A DNA stretch of 64,000 nucleotides from a bacterium (GTDB lineage Bacteria; Bacteroidota; Ignavibacteria; Kapaibacteriales; UBA2268): the NCBI GenBank assembly GCA_030431515.1, contig JAUIIX010000010.1, positions 2,753 to 66,752 on the forward strand. The letters are read 5' to 3'. This document shows positions 1-11,583 of the stretch, in pieces. The notes under the pieces are model-generated. The model ran no database searches, was not told the origin of the DNA, and saw only the letters and a program-made list of their open reading frames with translations. Every line of letters begins with the position of its first letter. Within the stretch, counting starts at the first letter, position 1. The position numbers and the translations under genes are program-made.

Positions 1-1055
<1,055 letters not shown>

Positions 1056-1143
1056 TTATGTAAATATAAATTTTGAGAAATAAAATTAAAAGTGAAATAA
1101 AGTAGTTTTTAGTATTAAATTGTGGAGTGTGGAGAATTTGGAA

Positions 1144-1171
1144 TAAAAAAAAGGGCTTTGATTAAGCCCTT
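1144..1171 (-). terminator. Rho-independent terminator after the 709-aa gene
   Basis: Stem AGGGCTT (1152-1158) / AAGCCCT (1164-1170). The A-run at 1144-1151 becomes a U-run on the minus strand. Confidence 0.6.
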
Positions 1172-1206
1172 AGATTGATTACTAAATTAATTTCTTGATT
1201 GTCCAA

Positions 1207-3336
1207 TCATTCTCTAATCTCCAATTTATAAATAAAATTATTTGTTTCTAAACATTTATATTTAACAACTATCTTCTTATTTAGAATGTTGTTTTTTGTT
1301 AAAGTATTCCCAAGTAAATCATAATATTCAATTTCTATAAGATTTTGACATTCAAGGTATTCATCTTTTGTTCCTTCAACTGATAATATGTTTGAGTCGT
1401 GTTTATATATATACCCAAAAGCATCAAGGATTACTAAATAATTATCACTGATTACAAAGTCTTTTATTCTATTATCTTCTTTTTTATTTTCATTATTAAA
1501 ATAAAAATTTCTATATGGAAAGAAGTCAATAGGTAGAACTTTTACTAACTCAAATGAATTTCTTTCGAAAAATAATAATTCATTGTCAACTGCTATAATA
1601 ATGAAATTATTATATACTTTCATAGAATTTAATCTTTTTCTAAAAAATGAGTATAAATCACGGATTTTGTTCTTATTCAAATCTATTTCTTCAGTTTCAA
1701 TATTATAAGATAATAATGAATCACTTGTTATAAAATTAATAGAGTTAGTTAATTCATCAATATTATACCTAGAATATGATTCCATTGTTAACGGAAAAGA
1801 AAATGGTAAACCAATAGATTTATATTTTTTTTCCTTAATATTATAAATATACAAACTTGTATTAGAACTGTTATTGTCAGTTGGATAACAAAATAGTAGT
1901 TGTTCATCATTAATATTATCTATTTTGAATATCTTTTTATCTTCAATAGATATTTCATTTATTAAATTATTACTACTCTTTTCAAATTCTAATATATTCC
2001 CATTTAAATCAGAAATAAATATTTTGTTATTGCTTATTTCCATTGCATTAAAATCTGTATTCTTATAATTAATATTATCTACAATCTTTCTTCTATTTCC
2101 TGAATATTCTATATAAAGCAATGAGTCTTGAAATAAATGATAAAAACCATTTTCATCTAATTTATAATCTACAGAAACAGCATCTGACTTATAAAATATA
2201 TTATCTGCTTTCAAATCATAAATACAAAGTCTTCCAGAATTGTAAAAATAAGATCTAGCATCACTCATGAAGGCTAAATAATCACCTTTTACGCTCATAT
2301 CAACAACTTGATTAATAGAATTAATGATTTCTTTAGTTACTTCAAATTCTGAATTTAATTTTTTTATAGAATAAGAATCGATTTTAATGTACGAATCACC
2401 AATAAAATCTAAATATCCTCCTTGTGAGACTAATGTATTTGTTAATGTAGCAAGATTAAAAATATTAATCGGTCGATAAAAATCTGCTTTATATATAAAT
2501 AAGCTATCCTTTAGTTTAAAGTCTAAAATTGTACTATAAGCTTCATATTCTTCTAATTTTTGTGTTTCTCTGTTAAAAAAATTTATTTCAATTGGTTTAT
2601 TAGAGTAGCTGCAAGTAATTATATGTTTGTCATTTGCAGCAACAAAATCTGAATTTGTCCCTTCACTTTTGTATTTGAAAATATATTTTGATGTTTTACT
2701 TTCAATACTATATTCAATTAAATCAAAAGCTTTTCTGTAATAAATTTTATTGTCATTATAATAAAAAAAGTTGTAATCTAAATTTTCAATTTTATTAATA
2801 ACTTTCGAAGTATATTTTTCTAAAATAATAATTTCTTTTTCATTATTTAAATAAATTATATTATCATTTGTTATATAAAAATGGAAATTTCTTGTAGGAG
2901 TACCTCTTAAAATATCATCTGGAATATCATAAACTAATGTATCATTTGTTTTTATATCCCACTCAAGCATTTTATATTCATAAGTATTTTTTTCAAAATT
3001 TGCAACTAATATTTCTAATTTAGATCCATCAAATTTACTATATCTGTCATCAAAAATGCGAAATGGAAATAGATAATAATAATTTTTTAGATCAAAAGAT
3101 TTAACCAAATTTAAATCTTTATCAAATATATCTACATTAGCATTTAACGGAGTGCTATTTACTTTATTAGGTACATGCCTACTTGAAGCAAATACTAAAA
3201 TTAGAGAATCATTTTCACTTACTTTAACATTATACGCTTCTTCTGCAACTGAACTATAGTTTATAATAGATGACTTTGCATTTATTAAATACAAATTAAC
3301 TATAAAAAATAAAATTAAAATCTTTAACAATTTCAA
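1207..3336 (-). CDS. Hypothetical secreted protein, N/Y/K/I-rich, possible T9SS cargo
   Basis: 709-aa ORF with signal peptide MKLLKILILFFIVNLYLINA and a repetitive beta-strand-like low-complexity sequence. The last ~45 aa (IEIEYYDLLGN...NNFIYKLEI) resemble a T9SS C-terminal sorting domain. No family recognised. Confidence 0.6.
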   Translation of the reverse strand: MKLLKILILFFIVNLYLINAKSSIINYSSVAEEAYNVKVSENDSLILVFASSRHVPNKVNSTPLNANVDIFDKDLNLVKSFDLKNYYYLFPFRIFDDRYSKFDGSKLEILVANFEKNTYEYKMLEWDIKTNDTLVYDIPDDILRGTPTRNFHFYITNDNIIYLNNEKEIIILEKYTSKVINKIENLDYNFFYYNDNKIYYRKAFDLIEYSIESKTSKYIFKYKSEGTNSDFVAANDKHIITCSYSNKPIEINFFNRETQKLEEYEAYSTILDFKLKDSLFIYKADFYRPINIFNLATLTNTLVSQGGYLDFIGDSYIKIDSYSIKKLNSEFEVTKEIINSINQVVDMSVKGDYLAFMSDARSYFYNSGRLCIYDLKADNIFYKSDAVSVDYKLDENGFYHLFQDSLLYIEYSGNRRKIVDNINYKNTDFNAMEISNNKIFISDLNGNILEFEKSSNNLINEISIEDKKIFKIDNINDEQLLFCYPTDNNSSNTSLYIYNIKEKKYKSIGLPFSFPLTMESYSRYNIDELTNSINFITSDSLLSYNIETEEIDLNKNKIRDLYSFFRKRLNSMKVYNNFIIIAVDNELLFFERNSFELVKVLPIDFFPYRNFYFNNENKKEDNRIKDFVISDNYLVILDAFGYIYKHDSNILSVEGTKDEYLECQNLIEIEYYDLLGNTLTKNNILNKKIVVKYKCLETNNFIYKLEIRE

Positions 3337-3381
3337 ACCTCATTATTCAAATTTTCACAAAATAAAAATAAATCCAGCTAC

Positions 3382-3389
3382 CAAAATTA
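3382..3389 (-). promoter_or_regulatory. Putative -7 box (TAATTTTG on minus strand) for the 709-aa gene
   Basis: CAAAATTA on the plus strand, 46 nt upstream of the ATG at 3336. Matches the Bacteroidetes-type TAnnTTTG consensus. Confidence 0.35.
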
Positions 3390-3471
3390 ATTAATCTAAT
3401 CTTGATTACCAAATTTTCAATTATTTTACTTAATTTATCAACTTAATATTATTAAAAATATATTTTTTTCT

Positions 3472-3479
3472 TAATTTTG
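3472..3479 (+). promoter_or_regulatory. Putative -7 box TAATTTTG for icd
   Basis: TAnnTTTG match 41 nt upstream of the ATG at 3520, with an AGGAAA/GGAAG RBS in between. Confidence 0.4.
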
Positions 3480-3519
3480 TAATCTATATTTATAAATAAT
3501 TAGGAAATTTGGAAGACAC

Positions 3520-4968
3520 ATGGATAATAAACATACAATCACAATTGCTAAAGGTGATGGAATAGGTCCTGAAATAATGGAATCTACTTTAGAAATTCTA
3601 AAAGCATCTGGAGCACCTTTAAAATATGAAGAAATAGAAATAGGTGAAAAAGTTTATTTAAGTGGTGAAAAAACTGGAATCAAAAAAGAAGATTGGGAAA
3701 CTATTAGAAGAAATAAAGCTTTTTTAAAAGCACCAATCACTACACCTCAAGGTGGTGGCTATAAAAGTATAAACGTAGCAATTAGAACTAGTTTTGGCTT
3801 ATTTGCTAATATTAGACCATGTAAAACATTTAAACCATTTATCAAAGCTAATTGTGGCGATATGGATATGGTTATTGTTAGAGAAAATGAAGAAGACTTA
3901 TATACAGGAATTGAACATCAACAAACTAATGAAGTAGTACAAACTTTGAAAATTATTTCTAAGCCAGGTACTAAAAAAATAGTTAGATATGCTTTCGAAT
4001 ATGCAAGAGCTTACAATAGAAAGAAAGTTACTTGTATGACAAAAGATAATATTATGAAACAAACTGATGGTTTATTTCATAAAATATTTGATGATATTTC
4101 AAAAGATTATCCTGAAATTGAAACTGAACATAGAATTATTGATATTGGGTCAGCTGTTGTTGCAACCAATCCTGAAAGATTAGATGTTGTTGTTACTTTG
4201 AACTTATATGGCGATATTATTTCTGATATAATGGCTCAAGTAGCTGGTTCTGTTGGATTATCTGGTTCATCTAATATTGGGCATAATAGAGCAATGTTTG
4301 AAGCAATTCACGGTTCTGCTCCAGATATTGCAGGTCAAGATATTGCTAATCCTTGTGGCTTATTACATGGTGCTATTTTAATGCTTGACTATTTAGGTTT
4401 AAGTCCTTATGCAAAAATGATAGAAGCAGCGGCTTTAAAAACATTGGAAGAAGGTATTCACACTGGTGATCTATATCAAGAAGGAGTAACTAAAAGAAAA
4501 GTTGGTACAAAAGAATTTACTAAAGAAGTTATTGCGAGATTAGGTCAGGAGCCAACTAAAATTAAAGTTAGAGAAAGAAATGTTAAGCCAATTGAAATTT
4601 CAATTAGCGATACAAGAGATAATGTAAAAACTTTAGAAGGAACTGACTGTTTTCTTGATTGGGATGAAGATGATAGAAACCCAGATATTTTAGCGGCTAA
4701 ATTAATTGAAGCAAGTAAAGATTCTATTTTAAATCTAAAAGTAATCACAAATAGAGGTGTTAAGGTTTATCCTGATGGAATGCCTGAGACTTTTAGAACT
4801 GACCATTGGAGATGTAGATTTGTTCCTGCTGAAGGCACTAAAGTCACTAATAAAGATATTATAGATTTACTTTCTAAAATTAGTGATTCGAATTTAGATA
4901 TTATTAAAACTGAAAATCTTTATAATTTTAATGGTGAAAGAGCATATTCTTTAACTCAAGGTGAATAA
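3520..4968 (+). CDS. icd: Isocitrate dehydrogenase, long (~480 aa) form with C-terminal extension
   Basis: 482 aa with GDGIGPEI N-terminus and beta-decarboxylating dehydrogenase core (NLYGDIISD, HGSAPDIAG). It also carries a ~135-aa C-terminal extension, as in the long Icd subfamily. Confidence 0.85.
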   Translation: MDNKHTITIAKGDGIGPEIMESTLEILKASGAPLKYEEIEIGEKVYLSGEKTGIKKEDWETIRRNKAFLKAPITTPQGGGYKSINVAIRTSFGLFANIRPCKTFKPFIKANCGDMDMVIVRENEEDLYTGIEHQQTNEVVQTLKIISKPGTKKIVRYAFEYARAYNRKKVTCMTKDNIMKQTDGLFHKIFDDISKDYPEIETEHRIIDIGSAVVATNPERLDVVVTLNLYGDIISDIMAQVAGSVGLSGSSNIGHNRAMFEAIHGSAPDIAGQDIANPCGLLHGAILMLDYLGLSPYAKMIEAAALKTLEEGIHTGDLYQEGVTKRKVGTKEFTKEVIARLGQEPTKIKVRERNVKPIEISISDTRDNVKTLEGTDCFLDWDEDDRNPDILAAKLIEASKDSILNLKVITNRGVKVYPDGMPETFRTDHWRCRFVPAEGTKVTNKDIIDLLSKISDSNLDIIKTENLYNFNGERAYSLTQGE

Positions 4969-5000
4969 GATTTTTAATATAAGTTGTTAAAATAAAAAAT

Positions 5001-5033
5001 ACCTATCAAATTTACTTGATAGGTTTTTTTTTT
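5001..5033. terminator. Bidirectional rho-independent terminator between icd and alaS
   Basis: Stem ACCTATCAA (5001-5009) / TTGATAGGT (5016-5024), T-run at 5025-5033, A-run upstream. Confidence 0.7.
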
Positions 5034-5056
5034 ACATATTTTACATTTTAGAGTCT

Positions 5057-7591
5057 TTAATAATTTTCTATAATTTTATAAAACTCAGAATTTAATAATT
5101 CATCAACTTTAGATAAGTCTTTTCCCCCAGCAGTTGCAAGATGTGGTTTTCCACCTCCTCCACCTCCAAGAAACTTGGCTGCTTCTCCAACAAGTTTTCC
5201 AGCTGGATATTTTGATTTTAAATCATCTGTAACTACACAACATAATTGGACTTTACCATCATTAATTGTAGATATAAGCCCGATACCATTATCTTTTAAT
5301 TTATTTCTTAGATTTTCACCAGTATCTCTAAGTAAGTCTAAATTATCAACTTCAATAGATGTTGTTAATACTTTAATTGATTTAATTTCTTTAATATTTG
5401 CTAAAATTGAATCTAAGTCATCACTTGCTGATGATTTTTTCAGTTCGGCAATTTCTTTATCAAGTTTTTTAATTTTATTTCTTAATTCTTCATTTTGATT
5501 TTCTTTTGATAATATTTCAGAATTTAGTTTATTAAAATACTCTTCAATGAATTTACCTGTAACTGCTTCGATTCTTCTTATTCCACTTGAAACTGATGAT
5601 TCGGAAGTTATTTTAAAATATCCGATTTGAGAAGTGTTTTTAACATGAGTTCCACCACATAATTCTATCGAATAATTCTCATCCATCTGAACTGCTCTAA
5701 CAAAAGAACCATATTTATCACCAAAAAACATTCTTATTTTAGAGTTTTTTGAAGCTTCGTCTAATGATAATTCATTTGTGATTACGTCAATGCTTTCATA
5801 TATTTTATTATTAACTAAATCTTCTATCTCTTTGATTTCTAATTTACTTATTTTATTAAAATGATTAAAATCAAATCTTAAATATGATTCGGCAACTAAT
5901 GAACCTTGTTGTTGAATATGATCACCTAATACTTGTCTTAATGCTTCGTGCATTAGATGGGTAGCAGAGTGATTTCTCATTATATTCCACCTTCTATCAA
6001 CTTCAATTTTAGCATTTACTTTTTTATTCAATAAATCAAGCAAACAGTTTTCATCGAGGATATGTAGAATTGCTCCACCAATTTGTTTTGTATCTATTAC
6101 ATTTAACTCTATATTATTGAACTTAATAACACCTATATCAGAAATTTGTCCACCTTTTTCAGCATAAAAAGGAGTTTTGTCTAATATTATTATGTTATCT
6201 TTTTGATATAAAACTTTCGAATTAGTCTCAAAAATATCATATCCAACAAATTCACTTTCAACATTATAATCAGTATCATCGGCAATTTCAGAGTTATTTT
6301 TTATATTAGCTCTCGACCTTGATTTTTGCTTTTCCATTTCAACATTAAAAGAATCTAAGTCAACTAATAGATTATTTTCTTTTGCCATTAGTTCAGTCAA
6401 ATCAATAGGAAAGCCATAAGAATCGTAAAGTAAGAAAGCACTTTCACCAGGGATTGTATCGCCTTCTTTCAAATTTGTAATTAATTCTTCAAACTTTATT
6501 AAGCCAGAGTCTAAAGTTCTTAAAAAACTTTCTTCTTCGCCTTTTATTACATTTTTAATAATATCAGATTGTGTATATAATTCTGGAAAAACATCTTTGA
6601 ATTGGGAGATTAAAACATCTACTAATTTATAAAGTATTGGCTCTTTAAATCCAAGATTTCTAGCATATCTTGATGCACGTCTTAGTATTCTTCTAATAAC
6701 ATAAGAACGACCCTCATTACCAGGGATTGCACCATCTGCTATGGTAAAAGAAATTGTTCTAATATGGTCGGCTATTACTCTAAAAGCAATATCATTTTTT
6801 TCGTTTAAACCATATTTAATATTTGATAATTCTACCAATTTATTAATCAAAGGCATAAAAATATCAGTGTCATAGTTTGAATTTTTTCCTTGGATAACTC
6901 TGACTATTCTTTCAAATCCCATTCCAGTATCAACGTGCTTTGCTTTTAATTCTAAAAGTGAACCATCTACTTGTCTATTAAATTGAATAAATACAAGATT
7001 CCAAATTTCAATTACATTTGGATCTCCAGCATTTACTAATTCTCTTCCTGATAAGTCATCTGTACCATCATAATGTATTTCAGAACAAGGTCCGCAAGGT
7101 CCAGTCTCCCCCATTTCCCAAAAATTATCTTCTTCATCAAACCTTAAAATTCTATCTTCAGTTAAATAATTTTTCCATATATCAAAAGCTTCATCATCCG
7201 TTCTATAAACAGTAACATATAAGCGTTCTTTTGGCAGTTTCCAAACATTAACAAGTAAATCCCAAGCCCATTCTATTGCTTCTTTTTTATAGTAATCGCC
7301 AAAACTCCAATTTCCAAGCATTTCGAAAAATGTATGGTGATATGTGTCAACTCCAACTTCTTCTAAATCATTATGTTTGCCAGACACTCTTATACATTTT
7401 TGAGTGTCAGCTGCTCTTTTGTAATCGCGATTTCCTGTTCCCAAAAACATATCTTTAAATTGGTTCATTCCAGCATTAGTAAACATTAAAGTTTTATCAC
7501 CGTGAGGAATTACAGGAGCAGAAGGAACTATAATATGCCCTTTACTTTTAAAATAATCTAAGAATTGATTTCTAATTTCAATTGAATTCAT
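5057..7591 (-). CDS. alaS: Alanine--tRNA ligase
   Basis: 844 aa with N-terminal IRNQFLDYFKSKGH...FTNAGMNQFKD, editing-domain metal motifs (HSATHLMH, CGGTH) and a C-terminal GGGGGGKPHLATAGG tail. Confidence 0.97.
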   Translation of the reverse strand: MNSIEIRNQFLDYFKSKGHIIVPSAPVIPHGDKTLMFTNAGMNQFKDMFLGTGNRDYKRAADTQKCIRVSGKHNDLEEVGVDTYHHTFFEMLGNWSFGDYYKKEAIEWAWDLLVNVWKLPKERLYVTVYRTDDEAFDIWKNYLTEDRILRFDEEDNFWEMGETGPCGPCSEIHYDGTDDLSGRELVNAGDPNVIEIWNLVFIQFNRQVDGSLLELKAKHVDTGMGFERIVRVIQGKNSNYDTDIFMPLINKLVELSNIKYGLNEKNDIAFRVIADHIRTISFTIADGAIPGNEGRSYVIRRILRRASRYARNLGFKEPILYKLVDVLISQFKDVFPELYTQSDIIKNVIKGEEESFLRTLDSGLIKFEELITNLKEGDTIPGESAFLLYDSYGFPIDLTELMAKENNLLVDLDSFNVEMEKQKSRSRANIKNNSEIADDTDYNVESEFVGYDIFETNSKVLYQKDNIIILDKTPFYAEKGGQISDIGVIKFNNIELNVIDTKQIGGAILHILDENCLLDLLNKKVNAKIEVDRRWNIMRNHSATHLMHEALRQVLGDHIQQQGSLVAESYLRFDFNHFNKISKLEIKEIEDLVNNKIYESIDVITNELSLDEASKNSKIRMFFGDKYGSFVRAVQMDENYSIELCGGTHVKNTSQIGYFKITSESSVSSGIRRIEAVTGKFIEEYFNKLNSEILSKENQNEELRNKIKKLDKEIAELKKSSASDDLDSILANIKEIKSIKVLTTSIEVDNLDLLRDTGENLRNKLKDNGIGLISTINDGKVQLCCVVTDDLKSKYPAGKLVGEAAKFLGGGGGGKPHLATAGGKDLSKVDELLNSEFYKIIENY

Positions 7592-7616
7592 ATTAAACCA
7601 TCTAATAATTTTTTTT

Positions 7617-7624
7617 TAGTTTTG
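7617..7624 (+). promoter_or_regulatory. Putative -7 box TAGTTTTG for the MscS-family gene
   Basis: TAnnTTTG match 84 nt upstream of the ATG at 7708. A strong AAGGAG RBS sits at -12. Confidence 0.3.
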
Positions 7625-7707
7625 TAATCTTTAATTTGCAAATTAACTTAAAATTAATCATTCTAAAAATCAAATTTTATTTTTTAACTATTTTATAAGG
7701 AGTTTAA

Positions 7708-8538
7708 ATGGATTTTTCAAACTTTGACTTATCTGAATTCACAAACTGGATTGTTTTAGAGGCAAGTTCTTTTTCAGTTAAATTAGTTGGTGCGATACTA
7801 ACTATAATAATTGGACGCTTCATTATTTCTAAAATTGGAAATATGATTCGTAAAAAAATCGAAAAGAGAGATTTTGAGCCAACAAAGGTTAATTTTTTAT
7901 TGAGTTTAGTAAAAATCTCATTAAATGTTGTATTATTTGTTGCTGCTGCTGGTATTCTTGGTATTTCAACTGCTTCTTTAGTTACTTTGATTGGTGCAGC
8001 TGGTCTTGCAATTGGTCTTGCCTTACAAGGAAGTTTATCTAATGTTGCTGGAGGTTTTTTAATATTAATTCTAAAACCATTTAAAGAAGGTGATGTTATT
8101 GAAGCTCAAGGAGTATTAGGTTCAGTGCATAAGGTTAATATTTTGAATACAGTACTTAAAACCCCTGATAATAAAACAATTTATTTGCCTAATGCAAGTT
8201 TGGCAAGTGCAAATATTACGAATTATACTGAAGAGCCAGAACGTAGATTAGATATGACCTTTGGTATTGGCTATTCTGATGATATTGATAAAGCAAGGGC
8301 TGTTTTAAAATCAATAATGGATAATGATAAAAGAGTTATCAAACATGATGGTAACCGTATATCAATTACTACATTAAATGATTCAAGTGTTGATTTTACA
8401 TTTAGAGTTAGATGTAAAACTGAAGATTATTGGGATATGTATTTTGATTTCCAAGAAATCGTTAAGAAAGAGTTTGACAAAAACAATATTTCTATTCCTT
8501 TCCCTCAAAGAGATGTTCATTTATATCAACAGAATTAA
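7708..8538 (+). CDS. Small-conductance mechanosensitive channel (MscS family)
   Basis: 276 aa with three TM helices, then the MscS beta-domain signature (KPFKEGDVIE..G..G.V..VN.L.T.L.T.DNK.IYLPN). Confidence 0.85.
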   Translation: MDFSNFDLSEFTNWIVLEASSFSVKLVGAILTIIIGRFIISKIGNMIRKKIEKRDFEPTKVNFLLSLVKISLNVVLFVAAAGILGISTASLVTLIGAAGLAIGLALQGSLSNVAGGFLILILKPFKEGDVIEAQGVLGSVHKVNILNTVLKTPDNKTIYLPNASLASANITNYTEEPERRLDMTFGIGYSDDIDKARAVLKSIMDNDKRVIKHDGNRISITTLNDSSVDFTFRVRCKTEDYWDMYFDFQEIVKKEFDKNNISIPFPQRDVHLYQQN

Positions 8539-8554
8539 AGAAAACTTACTATCT

Positions 8555-8592
8555 AAAAAAAAGTCCTTCAAATTTAATTGAAGGACTTTTTT
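8555..8592. terminator. Bidirectional terminator between the MscS gene and the OMP gene
   Basis: Stem GTCCTTCAA (8563-8571) / TTGAAGGAC (8578-8586), flanked by an A-run and a T-run. Confidence 0.7.
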
Positions 8593-8613
8593 ATTTTTAG
8601 ATATTTATTTGAA

Positions 8614-9153
8614 TTAAATGTACCACTCAATACCAATAAATGGATTTCCAAGACCTGCTCTCATCCAAGACTTATCTAAGTTAAAGTCTAAGAATCTCAT
8701 TCCAGCATTAATTCCAACATTATTAAATGGATACCAAGTACCACCAACATTAATCCATATTGAATTACCATCATATCTACCTGTTGTAGAAGAAACTGGA
8801 GAACCGTTTACTTTATCTTCAACTGTGAAAATAGCAAATTGACCTTGAATAAATGGTCTGAAGTTTTTTATGTTTTTGAAGTAATATTTAGCATAAGGTG
8901 CTAAATAGAAGAAAAAGTTGCTTTTAAGAACTTCAATTCCACCTTTGTTTTCATACCCAGTATCATAATACAAACCAATTTGTGTTCCAATATGTAAATC
9001 TTTTGAAATTGCATAGTTCACTATTGGACCGTAACCATACTCACCTTGAGTAACTTGAAAACCAATACTCATCGCTTCTTCAGGATAAGATTGTGAGAAA
9101 GATGTATTTACCATAAATGGTAAAATTGCTAATAAAATAAGTAATTTTTTCAT
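8614..9153 (-). CDS. Outer-membrane beta-barrel protein (small porin/OmpW-like)
   Basis: 179 aa with a signal peptide, alternating aromatic/Gly beta-strand pattern and an aromatic-rich C-terminus (GIEWYI). Confidence 0.55.
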   Translation of the reverse strand: MKKLLILLAILPFMVNTSFSQSYPEEAMSIGFQVTQGEYGYGPIVNYAISKDLHIGTQIGLYYDTGYENKGGIEVLKSNFFFYLAPYAKYYFKNIKNFRPFIQGQFAIFTVEDKVNGSPVSSTTGRYDGNSIWINVGGTWYPFNNVGINAGMRFLDFNLDKSWMRAGLGNPFIGIEWYI

Positions 9154-9178
9154 AATAACACCTATATTTTTTATAAAA

Positions 9179-10318
9179 TTAAACTAATTGTTTACTAATT
9201 TCTGAATAAGTTGAATGTCCATATTTTCCGAAGTTTTTGAAATATCCTGTGTACCATTGATTTAGATTTACTCCAATATTTTTAGATTCTAAAATATCAT
9301 CAGCACTATCAATTCCACCTGTTCTGATAATATGAAATTCTGTTTTTAAATTTTTATTTTGTAAATATTCACTTGCTAATTTACACAATTTTTTTGAATT
9401 TTCTTTTAAAGATATTCCAGATACTCCACCACCATAAACATTTGTAAAATAGTTAAACATTTTACGTTCTTTTTCTGTTAAAAATTCTTTCGTATATGTA
9501 TAATTTGTTGAGGTATTTCCTAAGTTAAGTCCATTAAATCCAAGTTCTATTGCAATATCAATGAAAAGAGGAATAAGTTCGGGAGATGTATCATTTGATA
9601 ATTTGAGAATCAAAGGGAGATTTCTATTTCTAAATTTTAAAAAATTCTGAGAAATATACTCCATTCTATAAACTAAATCCTCATCTAATTTATCATTGGA
9701 AAGTGAATGTCCGTCACTAACATTTGGGCAACTTTCGTTGAGTTCAATAAAATCTACATTTGCTTTTTCAAGTAGTTTCATTCCTTCTACTAAATCGGCT
9801 AATATCAGAGTTGGGTTATTTCCAGGGTCTGCACTAATACTTACCCCAATAGGTGTATTATTAAACTTTTCTAATTTTGATATTTTTTTAGCGGCTAATT
9901 CAATACCTTCATTTGGTAAACCCATCCAGTTTACAGCAATTTCAGATTTGGGTAATGGTAAAAATGGATGCAAAACACCTTTTTTGAAATTACCAATCCT
10001 GCGTTTTGTAGTATAAGTACCTGCAAGCCACGCTCCTGCCCCTTGCATAGCACAGGTATAATATGCTTCAGAATATTTAAACATCCCAGCAGAATTAAAT
10101 ATTGGAATTTTGAAATCAATATCCCAAAGTTTTGTATTAGAAGAATAAATTTCTTTTAATTCAAAATTTACATAATCATCTGCAAAATTTTTAATCAGTT
10201 TTTTCTTCTGATTTGAATAAATAGAAATAAAATATTGATTAGGCAATGAAGTCATCACCTTCCTCAATGTTTTATCTATTTTTGCTAATTTTTCAACTTT
10301 TGTCAAAATTATCACCAT
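9179..10318 (-). CDS. Dihydroorotate dehydrogenase-like FMN TIM-barrel protein
   Basis: Motifs FNSAGMFK, GTYTTKRRIGN, NWMGLPNEG, ELNESCPNV, GGGVSG and RTGGIDSADD match the DHODH family. An alternative start at 10255 (MTSLPNQ) has a GAGGAAGG RBS and a CAAAATTA box at 10304-10311. Confidence 0.6.
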   Translation of the reverse strand: MVIILTKVEKLAKIDKTLRKVMTSLPNQYFISIYSNQKKKLIKNFADDYVNFELKEIYSSNTKLWDIDFKIPIFNSAGMFKYSEAYYTCAMQGAGAWLAGTYTTKRRIGNFKKGVLHPFLPLPKSEIAVNWMGLPNEGIELAAKKISKLEKFNNTPIGVSISADPGNNPTLILADLVEGMKLLEKANVDFIELNESCPNVSDGHSLSNDKLDEDLVYRMEYISQNFLKFRNRNLPLILKLSNDTSPELIPLFIDIAIELGFNGLNLGNTSTNYTYTKEFLTEKERKMFNYFTNVYGGGVSGISLKENSKKLCKLASEYLQNKNLKTEFHIIRTGGIDSADDILESKNIGVNLNQWYTGYFKNFGKYGHSTYSEISKQLV

Positions 10319-10429
10319 TTTTTTACAAATTTAGTCAATTTTTTTATAAATATAAAGTAATTTATTATCTTAAAAACAACAATCAATAACATAAAAGAAA
10401 ATGTGATGAGTTCTAAGTTCGATATATCT

Positions 10430-10437
10430 TAACTTTG
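10430..10437 (+). promoter_or_regulatory. Putative -7 box TAACTTTG
   Basis: TAnnTTTG match 26 nt upstream of the ATG at 10463. Confidence 0.35.
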
Positions 10438-10462
10438 TATATTTTTATGTTAAAATTGAATT

Positions 10463-10897
10463 ATGACAAAATTACTAATATTACTACATACAATTAGTGC
10501 TTGTATCTGGGTTGGAGGGCATTTAATTTTAGCAATTACTATCTTACCCAAAAGTTTAAAGGAAAGAAACCCTAAATATATTGAAGATTTTGAGTCGAAG
10601 TATGAAAAAATTGGAATACCTGCTTTATTAATTCAAGTAATTACTGGCTTTATGATGTTTATTAATTATGGATTAAATTATACTGATATATTTAGTTTTG
10701 ATTCCCACTTCTCAAGGATGCTAAGTTATAAAATTATTCTATTATTACTAACTATACTATTAGCAGCACACGCAAGAATATTTATTATACCTAAATTAAG
10801 TGAATCTAATCTAAATTCCTTAGCTATTCATATTATAATAGTAACTATTTTATCTATGTTTTTTGTTTATTTTGGAGTTAGTGTTAGGTTTGCTTGA
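10463..10897 (+). CDS. Small 4-TM integral membrane protein (CopD-like)
   Basis: 144 aa with four predicted TM helices. The N-terminal LHTISACIWVGGHL resembles the CopD family; this assignment is weak. Confidence 0.4.
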   Translation: MTKLLILLHTISACIWVGGHLILAITILPKSLKERNPKYIEDFESKYEKIGIPALLIQVITGFMMFINYGLNYTDIFSFDSHFSRMLSYKIILLLLTILLAAHARIFIIPKLSESNLNSLAIHIIIVTILSMFFVYFGVSVRFA

Positions 10898-10931
10898 AAA
10901 TACTAATTACACTTATATTAGATTTATTTAT

Positions 10932-10939
10932 TAAATTTG
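10932..10939 (+). promoter_or_regulatory. Putative -7 box TAAATTTG for the ECF sigma operon
   Basis: TAnnTTTG match 75 nt upstream of the ATG at 11014. Confidence 0.3.
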
Positions 10940-11013
10940 AAATAATATTAACTCAGATTAAACCTTTTATTAAATTAGATGTCTAATTATTTGAAGATAA
11001 TAAATAAGAAATT

Positions 11014-11583
11014 ATGAAAAGTGCCGATATTTTAGTTGATGAATATGAACTAATTGATGATTACGTTGATAATGGTAATCATCAATCGGTTAATATTTTG
11101 ATTAGAAAATATCATAACTTAGTTTATCAAACTGCATTAAGATATTTAAAGAATATTCATGATGCTGAAGATTTAACTCAAGATGTAATGTTAAAAGCTA
11201 TTAAGAATTTATCTAAATTTGAAAAGAAGTCTTCATTGTCAACTTGGCTTTATAGCATTACTGTTAATAGTGCTAAAAATGAATTGAAGAAGAAAAAGTT
11301 GTTAAGTTATTTCTCATTTAATAATGATAATGAAGAGTTTTTCAATATCCCTATAAATGAATTGAATGGACAACAAAAATTAGAGAATGAAGAGTTCAAA
11401 TTAAAATTTTATTCAGCTTTAAATAGTTTACCAGAGAAACAAAGAGAAACATTTGCATTAAGATATTTTGATGAATTACCTTATAATGAGATCTCAGAAT
11501 TATTAGGTACTTCTGTCGGTGGCTTAAAAGCAAATTATTTTCAAGCAGTTAAAAAATTAGGAATATACCTTAATGAACAATAA
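11014..11583 (+). CDS. ECF-type RNA polymerase sigma-70 family factor
   Basis: 189 aa with region 2 (DAEDLTQDVMLKA, WLYSITVN) and region 4 HTH (LPEKQRETFALRYFDELPYNEISELLG). Confidence 0.85.
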   Translation: MKSADILVDEYELIDDYVDNGNHQSVNILIRKYHNLVYQTALRYLKNIHDAEDLTQDVMLKAIKNLSKFEKKSSLSTWLYSITVNSAKNELKKKKLLSYFSFNNDNEEFFNIPINELNGQQKLENEEFKLKFYSALNSLPEKQRETFALRYFDELPYNEISELLGTSVGGLKANYFQAVKKLGIYLNEQ

